A DNA stretch of 64,000 nt. It comes from Ostreococcus lucimarinus. Its lineage: Eukaryota. The DNA lies in NCBI GenBank assembly GCA_000092065.1, contig CP000594.1; one strand, written 5' to 3'. The position numbers were made by a program, and so were the translations under genes. Below, in pieces: positions 50,237 through 60,212 of the stretch; within the stretch, counting starts at the first letter, position 1, and every line of letters begins with the position of its first letter. The notes below the pieces were generated by a model that was not told the DNA's origin, made no database searches, and saw nothing but the letters and a program-made list of their open reading frames with translations.

Positions 50237-52033
50237 TCACGCGCTGGAGGCGAAGAGTTGCGAAAACACGCGCTCTGCCCACGCCGGAATTTCCACGTCG
50301 TTTGCCTGCGTAAAGTTCACGAGCGGTTCCTGGACGTGATAACGAATCTTTCGACCCTTGCTCGCCTTGCGATCGACGTTTTTGCGACGTTTGATTTGTT
50401 TGGAGACGACGGAAGGTCCACCGGCGACGCCGGCGTCGTTGCCGCTCTCGAGGAACTCTTTGAGGAGTTGCTCGTAAAAGTCGACGTCGTCGTAAAGCTC
50501 CGACTCGCGAGCCTCACCTTCGTCCAAGCCATCGACGTTGACGGTTTCGGCTTTGTTCTCGTCGTCATCGTCGGCTTCTTCGCTCCGCACGGCGGCGCGT
50601 CGCTCACCGACGCGAATCGGCGCGCTGCGCTTCGGCGGCTGCGACTTTTCAATCAAACGCGCGGGCGCGCGCATGGTGGACGATACTTGCTGAGAGATGG
50701 ACTGGTTGAACGCCTTCAGACCGCCGCCCGCGCCTCCGCCGACCGCTTTACCCACGGAGACGGCGGATTTTCTGTACCATCGATCGCACGTCGAGTCGCG
50801 GTAGTTTGCGAACGCTCTGTATCCGGCGTCGTGCTTCGTCCACGCGTCGTCCAAGTCGTCGTCCACACCAATCACCGTAGCGTCCGCGCCGAGATTTGAG
50901 GTCGAGGCTATGTCGGCTATGTTCGCCATCAACGCAGTTTGAAGCGCAGAGAGCGTTCGCATGGTCTTCCGTGCGACTTTGGATAACGTCTCGAACGATT
51001 CGCGCGTCTCGGGCGACGCGCGTTTCAGTCCTCGGCACGCCAACGCCGTCGGTAACTTGGCGGCTCCGGTCATGACTTTCTGCAAACGAATTCTCGCGTG
51101 TAGCGCACGCTCCCAAACCGTTCGTTGCGCGCGAACCGCCTTACCTTTCGAGACGTGCTGCGCCTTGGTGTCGACGAGCTTCTTCGTTTGTTCCTCCTCC
51201 TCGCGAAACGCTTGAAGCTCTCGAGCGAGATCTGCGTCGCCTTCCGTGGCGGCGCCCAACAAATCTCTCGCCCGCGCGCCCTGCGCGTCGAACTCATCGC
51301 TCTGATCCTCGTCGTCCTCGTCCTCGTCGTCCTCGTCGCCGCCGTTCCTTCGTCCGGATCCCGTCGCCGCGGCGTCTTCGTCGTACCCTTCGTACGCGTC
51401 GTCGTCCTCATCCGCGTACGGATCCTCATCGCTCGCGTCCCCATCCTCCTCCGCACTTTCCTCGTCGTCGTCCCCGTCGTCCCCGTCGTCGTCGTCGCTC
51501 TCGTCCTCATCCGTCTCGCGCGCCGCCTCCGGTTCGTCCCGCGCGAAGTCCCGCCTCGACGCGCTTCGTCCCGCGTACTCCTCCCCCTCCATCTCGATCG
51601 GTCCTCGCATCCGCAACCGTCCGTCGTTCCCCCCCCCCGCGCGCACCGCGCGCTTTCCTCGCTCCCTCCCTCGCCTCGCCGCGCGTCCGCTCTCGCGATC
51701 GTCGCTCGAATCGTCGCCGAACCCGTCGCCCGCGTCGCGTCCCGCGTCGTCGTCCCACCCATCCTCGCTCCCGCTCTCGTCCTCGTCCAGCGCGCCCTCG
51801 ATCGCGCGCAGCGCCTCGAACGCGCGTTTGCGCGCCTCTACCCCGCCCTCTGGCTCGAGCGCGCGCGCGCGCGCGTCGTCGTCGTCGTCGTCGCGCGTCG
51901 TCGCGCCGCCGCCGGCGTCCCCACCGCGCGTCGTCGCGCCGCGCGCGATCGCGTCCAGCCGCGCCATCGCGTCCGCGCGCGAGGGCGTGGACGAGGGCGA
52001 CGCTTTCGCGCGTCTCCGCGGCGTCGCGCCCAT
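50237..52033 (-). CDS. AATF: AATF / Che-1 / Bfr2 family nucleolar protein (598 aa from the first ATG)
   Basis: The track ORF starts at GTG 52117. The first ATG is at 52031-52033. Long acidic D/E tracts, then an AATF-Che1 domain and a C-terminal TRAUB-like region (..LYDDVDFYEQLLKEFLESG.., ..IRYHVQEPLVNF.). Confidence 0.8.
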   Translation of the reverse strand: MGATPRRRAKASPSSTPSRADAMARLDAIARGATTRGGDAGGGATTRDDDDDDARARALEPEGGVEARKRAFEALRAIEGALDEDESGSEDGWDDDAGRDAGDGFGDDSSDDRESGRAARRGRERGKRAVRAGGGNDGRLRMRGPIEMEGEEYAGRSASRRDFARDEPEAARETDEDESDDDDGDDGDDDEESAEEDGDASDEDPYADEDDDAYEGYDEDAAATGSGRRNGGDEDDEDEDDEDQSDEFDAQGARARDLLGAATEGDADLARELQAFREEEEQTKKLVDTKAQHVSKGKAVRAQRTVWERALHARIRLQKVMTGAAKLPTALACRGLKRASPETRESFETLSKVARKTMRTLSALQTALMANIADIASTSNLGADATVIGVDDDLDDAWTKHDAGYRAFANYRDSTCDRWYRKSAVSVGKAVGGGAGGGLKAFNQSISQQVSSTMRAPARLIEKSQPPKRSAPIRVGERRAAVRSEEADDDDENKAETVNVDGLDEGEARESELYDDVDFYEQLLKEFLESGNDAGVAGGPSVVSKQIKRRKNVDRKASKGRKIRYHVQEPLVNFTQANDVEIPAWAERVFSQLFASSA

Positions 52034-52102
52034 GCCGGGCGTCGCGACGGCGCGTGACGCGCGATGGGGACGACGCCGACGGCGGACGCGCGTCGTGTAT
52101 AA

Positions 52103-52267
52103 AAACCCGTCTCGCACTGCGCACCATACGTGATATCAACAAAACCCGTCTCGCACTGCGCACCATACGACGCGAGCAGTGATATGAAAACCCGTCTCGC
52201 ACTGCGCACCATACGACGCGCGCAGTGATATCAACAAAACCCATCTCGCACTGCGCACCATACGACG
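52103..52267. repeat. Four tandem copies of the 29-bp motif aaaacccgtctcgcactgcgcaccatacg (period 38-49 bp)
   Basis: Copies begin near 52103, 52141, 52187 and 52236. The fourth copy has a single G-to-A change. The spacers are gtgatatcaac- or acgcgagcagtgatatg-like. The array lies between the divergent AATF start (52033) and the psaD start (52390). Confidence 0.85.
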
Positions 52268-52389
52268 CTACCGCGGCGTATCTCGCGCGCCGCGCGTATC
52301 GCGAGCGATCGCGCGCGGCCGACGCGGGCGCGGCACACGCGCGCGCCCGACGCCCGCGCCCCCGAACTTCGCGGACGCGACACACGACG

Positions 52390-53454
52390 ATGTTTGCCAT
52401 CTCCAGCTCCGCGCTGACGCCGCGCGCGACGGTCGCGAACGCGACGCGCACGCGACGATCGACGACCGCGCGACGATCGACGGCGATCCGCGCCGAGGCG
52501 GAGGGCGCGAAGGCGGCGCCGGCGGCGCCGAAGGCGTGGACGGCGCCGAAGTTGAACCCGAACACGCCGTCGCCGATTTTCGGTGGTTCCACCGGCGGTC
52601 TGTTGAGAAAGGCGCAGGTGCGCGAGCGACGAGGGAGCGGCGAACGCGCGCGACGATCGAGGCGCGGGCGGGATACGCGACGAACCTAGGGGTGATGATT
52701 GGGGCGATTGGGGCGCCGGCGAACGGAGGGGGGGGGGCGAACGATGCGCGAACGATGCGTCGAGTTTCTTTGCGGCGCGGGCGCGCGGGCGATCGGGGGG
52801 GGGTCGAACGCGCGCGACGACGCGCGCGCAATCGCGCGATCGGGCGCGGTGGGATGGGAACGTTTGGCGCGAGGCGCGCGGGGGGGATTTCAAAGACGAC
52901 GACGACGCGAGACTGACGGATGCGATGATGCGTTTGACGCGTGTAGGTTGAGGAGTTCTACGTGCTGACGTGGGAAGCGAAGAAGGAAGCCATCTTCGAG
53001 ATGCCGGTGCGTGGACGAGGCGAGCGCGAAGGCGCGCGCGCGCGAAGATATCGCGCGCTTTGAAACGACGCGACGACGAAGAGGCAAAGATTGGGGATGC
53101 GCGACGCGATCGTGGACGCGAAACAGCGACTGACGTGATGAAACGTGTATTTTGCATCCGCAGACCGGTGGTGCCGCGATCATGCGCAAGGGCCCGAACC
53201 TGTTGAAGCTCGCGCGCAAGGAGCAATGCCTCGCGCTTTTGAACAACTTCCGCGCGAAGATGAAGCTCGACGGCTGCATCTACCGCGTGTTCCCGTCCGG
53301 TGAGGTGCAATACTTGCACCCGAAGGATGGTGTGTACCCGGAGAAGGTGAACAAGGGTCGCGTCGGTGCCAACCAGAACATGCGATCGATCGGCAAGAAC
53401 ACCAACCCGGCGTCGATCAAGTTCCAAGGCAAGCTCGGCCCGTTCGAAGTTTAG
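52390..53454 (+). CDS. psaD: Photosystem I reaction-centre subunit II (PsaD) precursor, 192 aa. Exons 52390..52617, 52947..53006 and 53164..53454.
   Basis: Spliced protein reads ..[18 protein letters not shown]|[20 protein letters not shown]|[96 protein letters not shown], collinear with PsaD. Intron 1 (52618..52946) has donor GTGCGC, branch ACTGAC and acceptor TAG. Intron 2 (53007..53163) has donor GTGCGT, branch ACTGAC and acceptor CAG. All junctions are phase 0. N-terminal transit peptide. Confidence 0.9.
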
Positions 53455-53711
53455 ACAGACGGCTCGCGCTCGCCGCGCACCGAGGGTTCGGTCGTCGTCG
53501 TCGAGTCGCCGCTCGAGTCAGATGTCCGTCGATGTGTTTCACTCTTCGCGATGCGAAGTCAACGCGAGATGGCGCTCGTTTGAATTATTAGAATTCTTCG
53601 ACGTCCCTCGCGCTTTGCGTCGCGTCGAGCGCGCTTCGACGTTCGCGGCGTCTGATTTCTTCGCGCGGCGTCGCTCGACGCTTCGATCTCACCCTCTGCG
53701 CGCGATCGTGA

Positions 53712-53716
53712 TGTAA
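53712..53716 (+). promoter_or_regulatory. Candidate chlorophyte poly(A) signal TGTAA downstream of psaD
   Basis: tgtaa is seen at 53712. Green algae use UGUAA as their polyadenylation signal. It lies about 258 nt after the psaD stop, which is long for this compact genome. Confidence 0.25.
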
Positions 53717-53884
53717 ATCACGCCTCCTAGCCAAACTAATTGCAGTAACACACAGATTTTCACTGTTCATCCGCGCGCGCGCGTTCGCCCGCCCGCGCGC
53801 GATCGCCGGTCGCCGGTCGAGATCTTCGCCGCGATGACGCTGGCTGCGCGCCGTGGAATGACGCACATCGTATTTTAGAGCCAT

Positions 53885-53922
53885 TATATATGCAAGATAC
53901 GTTTTTAGGGTTTACCTATAAT
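53885..53922 (+). promoter_or_regulatory. AT-rich island with TATA-like elements (tatatat at 53885, tataat at 53917) upstream of CHL27
   Basis: About 60 bp of sub-40-percent GC in a roughly 68-percent GC genome, 205-240 bp upstream of the CHL27 ATG. Confidence 0.3.
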
Positions 53923-54126
53923 TTCGCGCGATCGGATCTTATCTGAGAAAATCTATACTGTTTGCGCATACGACGCGGACGCCCTCGGGACGACCCGCAT
54001 CGGATAAGCGCCGACGATCGTCACAGCACGCCTCGCGTTCGCCGCTCCGTCCGCTCGCGACGCCGTGACGAAAGCAGACGCACGTAACACTTTGCGCACG
54101 CACCACCGCACGCCTCGACGAGCGAC

Positions 54127-55353
54127 ATGCACGCGTTCACCATGCGCGCGAGCGCGATGAAGACGCCGGTGGCGAAGATGACGTCGAGATCGCGATCGGC
54201 GACGCGACGCCAAGGCGCCGTGGTCGTCCGCGCGGCCGCGGCGACGGACGCGGAGACTGGGATCAAGAAGATGCGCGAGGGTATCAAGGAGGCGGCGAAC
54301 GAAAACTTGTTGACGCCGCGATTTTACACGACGGATTTCGACGAGATGGAGCGCCTGTTCAGCACGGAGATCAACCCGAACTTGGACGAGACGGAGATTA
54401 ACGCCATCTTGAACGAGTTCCGCGAGGATTTCAACCAGAAGCACTTCGTGCGCAACGATGAGTTCAAGGCGGCGGCGGATCAGATCAAGGGTGAGCCGCG
54501 CAGAATTTTCATCGAGTTTTTGGAGCGCTCGTGCACGGCGGAGTTTAGCGGGTTTTTGTTGTACAAGGAACTCGGCCGCAGATTGAAGAAGACGGCCCCG
54601 GCGGTGGCGGAGATCTTCACGTTGATGTCCCGCGACGAGGCGCGTCACGCTGGGTTCTTGAACAAGGCGATGAGCGATTTCAACTTGGCGCTCGACCTCG
54701 GGTTTTTGACCAAGAACCGCCAATACACGTTTTTCCAGCCGAAGTTCATCATGTACGCCACGTACTTGAGCGAAAAGATTGGCTACTGGCGTTACATCTC
54801 CATCTACCGCCACTTGCAAGCGAATCCGGACGAGCAATTGTACCCGTTGTTCAAGTACTTTGAGAACTGGTGCCAAGACGAAAACCGTCACGGCGACTTC
54901 TTCTCGGCGATTTTGAAGGCGCGCCCGGAGTTGATCAACACCACCGAAGCGAAGCTCTGGTCTCGATTCTTCTGCTTGTCCGTGTACGTCACCATGTACT
55001 TGAACGATCACGGCCGCAGTGAGTTCTACGAATCGCTCGGTTTGGACACGACGCAATTCAACATGCACGTCATTCACCAAACCAACAAGACGACGGCGAC
55101 GATTTTCCCGCAAGTCATCGACACCTACAACCCGGAGTTCAAGGCGCGTCTCGACAAGCTCGTCGGCGTGAACACCCAACTCCAAGCCATCGGTAAGGGT
55201 GAAGGTTCGGAAATCATGAAGAACTTGCAAAAGGCGCCGCTCATCGCCACCTTCGCGGGTGAGTTGATCGGTTTGTTGGCCATGGCTCCGGTCGACGCCG
55301 GTTCCATCGACTTGACCGGCGTTCCGGAATCCGACCCGTCCTTCATGTACTAA
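54127..55353 (+). CDS. CHL27: Mg-protoporphyrin IX monomethyl ester (oxidative) cyclase, di-iron type (CHL27 / CRD1 / AcsF)
   Basis: ATG at 54127 with a plastid transit peptide. Near-complete match to the cyclase family: ExxH di-iron motifs ([18 protein letters not shown]), [13 protein letters not shown], and C-terminal ..[11 protein letters not shown]. Confidence 0.93.
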   Translation: MHAFTMRASAMKTPVAKMTSRSRSATRRQGAVVVRAAAATDAETGIKKMREGIKEAANENLLTPRFYTTDFDEMERLFSTEINPNLDETEINAILNEFREDFNQKHFVRNDEFKAAADQIKGEPRRIFIEFLERSCTAEFSGFLLYKELGRRLKKTAPAVAEIFTLMSRDEARHAGFLNKAMSDFNLALDLGFLTKNRQYTFFQPKFIMYATYLSEKIGYWRYISIYRHLQANPDEQLYPLFKYFENWCQDENRHGDFFSAILKARPELINTTEAKLWSRFFCLSVYVTMYLNDHGRSEFYESLGLDTTQFNMHVIHQTNKTTATIFPQVIDTYNPEFKARLDKLVGVNTQLQAIGKGEGSEIMKNLQKAPLIATFAGELIGLLAMAPVDAGSIDLTGVPESDPSFMY

Positions 55354-55755
55354 GCGACAGTCACAGACGGCGACGAGGAGGACACACCAGCAACCATTTT
55401 AGCGCAACACACATCCACAAAAACGTGATTTTATCGTCACATCTTTTCAAGATTCTTAAAGTCTTCGGCGCCGTTCGCGCCGCCGGCGAACGATATCGCG
55501 AAACGAGCCAACACGCTTGGTATTTCCACTTTATTGTATTGGCGCGTAGTCTCGCTTTATAATATTACACAAGATTCGAAATGTTTATCCTCCTCGCGCA
55601 CTCGATCGCGTCGCGCGTTCGATTCCGCGCGTTCGACGTCCGCGCGTTCGACGTCTGCGCGCCGCGCCTCCCCGTCTCGTCCTCATTCCACCGCGCGTCC
55701 GCGCATCCGCGCGTCTGCGCGCCGCCCGCGTCCGCGCGCGCTCAACGAACGTACC

Positions 55756-57660
55756 ATGCGTCGTTTCATGCGCGACGCCTCGCGCTTAGAGCGCGACGCC
55801 AAGGCTGAGCACGATTTTTATCATTCATTAATCAGTCAGTTGCAGACGGAATTGGAAGACGCGAAACACTCGAGCGAATTACTGCGCGCCGAGCTCGATC
55901 GCGCGCGCGAGGGACGGTCGCGAGACGTCGCATCTTCGTCCGCGACGACGCCGAGCGGCGACGCGACGAACGCGAGGGAGACGACGACGGTGGGGGTGGA
56001 AAGGGAGACGCGAGGGGAGGACGAGGCGACGCGAGACGCGAAAGCGGAGGAGACGGAGCGGGAATTGATCGCGTTGCGCGCGAAAGTCGCAGCGTTGAGC
56101 GCGCAAAGCGAAAAAAGTGAGAGTGATGCGAATGATGACGCGGAACGCGCGCGGATGGTGGAGGAGTTGGATGAGATGCGAGAACACATGCGAACGGCGA
56201 CGGCGAGCGCGCATCGAGCGAACGCCGAGGTGAACGCGGTGGCGCATCAAAATCGGACGTTGATGGAAAAAGAACGACGACGCGCGAACGCGGCAGAGGC
56301 GAGAATAAAAGAACTCATGGATCTCATGGAACAGCAGGTAAATGGTGAGGACGCGGCGATGCGTAAGCGCGCGGAGGCGTTAGAGGAAGCGTTGACAACG
56401 TCGACGAGCGAAGTCGAGACGCTTCGCTCGGAGAACGAGGAACTAGAGGTGCGGTTGCGAGCCGTGATCGAGCGCTTGGATGCGATTGAGTCATCCGTGG
56501 ATGTGAGTGAGTCATCCGCGCTCGCGGTGGTGGTGGAGGAGAAGGAACGCGCGATGATGGGTCGGGCGTACGCCGACGAAGCGGCGACTTCGCTTCGACG
56601 CTCGGCGCTCGAGGCGCGAGCGGCGGCGAACGCGTTTCGCGCTCGCCTGTACCCCGACGGTGATCCTGAAAGTGACGATGCGCGAATGTTGGTGATCGTA
56701 CACGCCGTGCTCGAGGGACATCCGTTTGACGACGCGAGTCGCGACGTCACAAACGCCGTTCGAGCACGTCTGCGATCGCACGGGGAAGAACGACTGGTGA
56801 TTCTCGTGAGCGAAAATCTGTGCGATTTGATTCCAGACGACGCCGTGAACGCGCCGATGAGCTTAGGCGCCAAAATCTCTCTGCGAGACGTCGAAAATAC
56901 GACGAACCGACGACCCGCGACGTTGCGCATAACGTATGCGTTCGACGTGCGCGATTCGCAAACAGGCGATGTCGTCAAGGGCGACGAGCGAATGATCACC
57001 ATTCCCGTCGGCGCCGCCGGGACTCCGCACGCGTTCGCCATGCAAAGCGTATGGCTCGAAGCCGCGTGCACCGGCATAGAAGACGCTCTCAAAGCGTCTT
57101 ATTCGCGATTGAGAGACGCCGAAAGCACGGCGAGCGCTGCCAAAGTACGCGCCATCGCGTTGCAAGGCGAAGCCGCGCGAATGCGTCACCATGGAGGCAG
57201 TTCGGCTCGAGCACAAGCTCTCGAGCGACGAGAACTCGAGATTGAAAGGCGCGAGGCCCAACTCAACGCCGAGGTCGTGGAAATCGAAGGCATGGTTGCG
57301 CGCGCGCGGGAAGAAGCCGAAGCCATGCGCCGCGAGGCGAACCGCATCGTCGCCGACGCCTCGGCGAGTCTCCGCGTCAAGGATGACGAAATCGAACGCC
57401 TGCGCGCGCTACAATCGTCCGTCACTCGCGCGCAAAACCGGTCGAAATCTTGGCGTCGAGAGACCGCCGCCGCGCGTTTAACCGCCGCCGCCGACGACGA
57501 CGCTTCCAACGCTCGAAGACTCGCCGCCGCCGGCAACCATCGCGCCGCGGCGTCCTCTTTAGAAAACGCCGAGCGTCGTCTCGCGAGAATCACCGCCGCG
57601 TGCGTCGCCAAATCTACCGCTCGAGCGTTGGCGCCCGTAGACAACGTAAACTTGATGTAA
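55756..57660 (+). CDS. Coiled-coil protein (634 aa from the first ATG)
   Basis: The first ATG is at 55756. Heptad-rich E/A/R/L sequence over most of its length. No globular domain recognised. Confidence 0.5.
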   Translation: MRRFMRDASRLERDAKAEHDFYHSLISQLQTELEDAKHSSELLRAELDRAREGRSRDVASSSATTPSGDATNARETTTVGVERETRGEDEATRDAKAEETERELIALRAKVAALSAQSEKSESDANDDAERARMVEELDEMREHMRTATASAHRANAEVNAVAHQNRTLMEKERRRANAAEARIKELMDLMEQQVNGEDAAMRKRAEALEEALTTSTSEVETLRSENEELEVRLRAVIERLDAIESSVDVSESSALAVVVEEKERAMMGRAYADEAATSLRRSALEARAAANAFRARLYPDGDPESDDARMLVIVHAVLEGHPFDDASRDVTNAVRARLRSHGEERLVILVSENLCDLIPDDAVNAPMSLGAKISLRDVENTTNRRPATLRITYAFDVRDSQTGDVVKGDERMITIPVGAAGTPHAFAMQSVWLEAACTGIEDALKASYSRLRDAESTASAAKVRAIALQGEAARMRHHGGSSARAQALERRELEIERREAQLNAEVVEIEGMVARAREEAEAMRREANRIVADASASLRVKDDEIERLRALQSSVTRAQNRSKSWRRETAAARLTAAADDDASNARRLAAAGNHRAAASSLENAERRLARITAACVAKSTARALAPVDNVNLM

Positions 57661-57709
57661 ATCGACGTCCGCGCCTCGCCGCGCGTCACACCTCGCCGCG
57701 CCGCGCGGC

Positions 57710-58147
57710 ATGGACAAGTACTACCCCGACCCAGACGCGCCGCTCCGACCGCCGCCGCCGTCGCAGCCGACGCAGCCGCACGCCGGCGCCACCGTCGCGC
57801 ACGGTGATCCCGCTCGAACGACCGTCGTCGTCTTACCGAGCGCGTACGCGCCGCAGACGCCGCAGCCGTCGGTGCCGAGTCAACAGATACCGACGGGTTT
57901 GCCGGTCGGTCAGGCGCGGCCGGCGTACTTGGGAGCGACGCGAGGGCACGAGCGACAAATCGTGAGCTGCGAGCGATGCGGACACAGCGGTCCCGCGGAC
58001 GTGGTCAAGGTCAGAGGGGCGGCGAGCTGCTTCGCGGCCATCGTGACGTTTGGGATATCCGCGTGCCTTTGCGGAGACGCGTTCTCGGATACGTATCACC
58101 ACTGCGCGAATTGCTCGGCGGTGTTAGCGTTCGCGAAATTAGCGTAG
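57710..58147 (+). CDS. LITAF/SIMPLE-like zinc-ribbon membrane protein (145 aa)
   Basis: ATG at 57710. Pro-rich N-terminus (PPPSQP.., PQTPQP). The C-terminal LITAF domain has knuckle CERCGH, a hydrophobic helix AAIVTFGISACLCG and HHCANCSAVL. Confidence 0.75.
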   Translation: MDKYYPDPDAPLRPPPPSQPTQPHAGATVAHGDPARTTVVVLPSAYAPQTPQPSVPSQQIPTGLPVGQARPAYLGATRGHERQIVSCERCGHSGPADVVKVRGAASCFAAIVTFGISACLCGDAFSDTYHHCANCSAVLAFAKLA

Positions 58148-58215
58148 ACGATGCGATGCGTGGATGACGCGCGCGCGCGATGTAAATAATGTTCGATTCC
58201 TGTGTCGCCGCGGGA

Positions 58216-59976
58216 CTAAAATCCAAAGAAGGAGCCGAGCGTCGACGGGGGCGCGTTTTTCGCCTTGAGCGCCTCGTGCTCGAGCGCGAGCTCGCGAAGT
58301 TTGGTCTCGAGCGCGGTCTTCGCGGCGGTTTCCGTCTCCACGACGGATTCGAGGTCCTTGATCTTCTTCTTGAACGCGGCGGACGAGCCGGTGCCGAGTA
58401 GAGCGCCGAATAATCCCCCAGAGTCCTCGGCTTCGAGCTCGGCGAGCGCGGTCGAGAGCGACTCCACTTCTTTCTTCAGCTTCTCGTTTTGCGAGCGAAG
58501 TGTCGTCATCGATGCGTCTGTGGAGGCGGCGTGCTTCGCTTGAAGCGTCGTGTTTTGCGCCGTGACCTCCTCGATGAGTTTTTGATATTCGCTCTCGTTC
58601 TTCTCGTACGATTCCAACGCGGCTTTCAGCTCGGATTCCAAATCGCGCACGCGGGATTCCAAATTCTTTGCTCGAGTCTCGCTCTCGAGCGTCGAAGCCT
58701 CGGTCGATTTCGCCAACGCAGTCTTCACGCGCTCGAGCTCGCTCGTGAGCGCGGCGACGCGCGCCGTCGATTCTCGCTCAGCCTTGGCCGAAGCCGCGAG
58801 CGCAGCGACGGTTTTCTCGAGTTCTCCTTCCAAACGCGCAATCGTCGTCACACGCGCTTCGTTTTCGGCGCTTACGCGCGCCATCTCGTCACGCAGCTCT
58901 TTATGGCTCTGCTCCAGTTCGTGCTCGCGCTCGTCAAAGCTCGTGTTTAACGCTTTCTCTTTCATCAGCACAGCAGCATTTTGCTCTCTCGCCGCAGCGG
59001 ACATTTCCTTGGTCGCGATGTCGAGCGCGGCGGTGACTTCAGCGACGCGCACTTCGAGCTCCTTGATTCGTATCTTCGCTGTGCGCTCTGACGTCTTTGC
59101 ATCGGTGAGTTCTTGCACCAAGTTGTGCTGAATCGTCGTCTGCTGTGCGATTTGCGACGATAAGGTGTTGCTCTGCGACGAGCGATGGGCGTCGAAATCC
59201 GCGCGCGCCTTGCTGAGCTGTGTCTTGAGCTCGTCAATCTCTGAAACGTGCGCAGCGACTTTGGCATCGAAATCGCGCTTAGCATCGCTCACCGCACGTT
59301 CGATCTGCGTCACGCGATCTATTTCGCTCGAGTTTGCCGCTTCCGCAAGTCGATGAGATTCCTCGCGCGCGACGCGCAACGCCTCGACGGCTTCATCGCG
59401 CGCCTTTCTCGCAGCGTCCAACTCTTCGCGCAAACGTAACGCGCTCTCTCGCGTATCCGCAAGATCTCTTTCGTACCGCGCCGTCATCGTCTGTCGAGAT
59501 CGCACCAAGGCATCGTCGTTCCCCGCCGACGGACGCGGCTTCAACGGCGACGTCGACGCCGACGTTCCCGCCTCGCTCTCTTTACTCGCCCTCTCCAGCT
59601 TCTCCCTCAAATCATCCAACCGCTCGTTCAAATCCGTCGTCTCCTTTTTCAATCGCTCCGTCTTCGCCCTGTGCGTCGCCCGCTCCTCCTCCGCCCGTCG
59701 TCCGAACGCCTTCGTCGGCGACGGCGACGCCGACCCTCGCGCCGACCGCGTCCCCAACGGTTCATACATCGCCCTTCGCGTCCGCTCGTGCGATCGTCCC
59801 GCGTCCCGCCGCCGCGTCAACTCTTCGCTAAGCAACCGTCGGCTCGCCATCACCTTGGCCCGCAGCGCCTCCGCGCGTCGCAACGCTTCGAGTCGTTCGT
59901 GCTCGAGCCACATCATCGAGTTTTGCGCAACATTCGTCGTTCGCGCGGCTCCGTGCGGCGCCGATTCGAGCGCCAT
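58216..59976 (-). CDS. Coiled-coil protein (586 aa), myosin-tail / golgin-like
   Basis: ATG verified at 59974-59976. Continuous heptad repeats. Ends in ..GSFFGF. Confidence 0.55.
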   Translation of the reverse strand: MALESAPHGAARTTNVAQNSMMWLEHERLEALRRAEALRAKVMASRRLLSEELTRRRDAGRSHERTRRAMYEPLGTRSARGSASPSPTKAFGRRAEEERATHRAKTERLKKETTDLNERLDDLREKLERASKESEAGTSASTSPLKPRPSAGNDDALVRSRQTMTARYERDLADTRESALRLREELDAARKARDEAVEALRVAREESHRLAEAANSSEIDRVTQIERAVSDAKRDFDAKVAAHVSEIDELKTQLSKARADFDAHRSSQSNTLSSQIAQQTTIQHNLVQELTDAKTSERTAKIRIKELEVRVAEVTAALDIATKEMSAAAREQNAAVLMKEKALNTSFDEREHELEQSHKELRDEMARVSAENEARVTTIARLEGELEKTVAALAASAKAERESTARVAALTSELERVKTALAKSTEASTLESETRAKNLESRVRDLESELKAALESYEKNESEYQKLIEEVTAQNTTLQAKHAASTDASMTTLRSQNEKLKKEVESLSTALAELEAEDSGGLFGALLGTGSSAAFKKKIKDLESVVETETAAKTALETKLRELALEHEALKAKNAPPSTLGSFFGF

Positions 59977-60212
59977 CGCGTCGCGCGCGCGCGCGCGCTT
60001 CGCGACTGTGTCGCGTGAAGCGCACGCGGCGTTCGAGGTGCGCTCGAGCGCTCGGCGCGAGCGAACGCGGGCGAATGTGACGCCGTCGGAATTAAGTTCC
60101 CCCGTCGGTTGGGAAACAAATCGACGTTTTGGGATCGAGCCGACAAAAATAGCAACGCGCCACTCGGCGACGCGCGCGCGGGCGATCGACGACGCGAAGA
60201 GCGCGAGAAACG

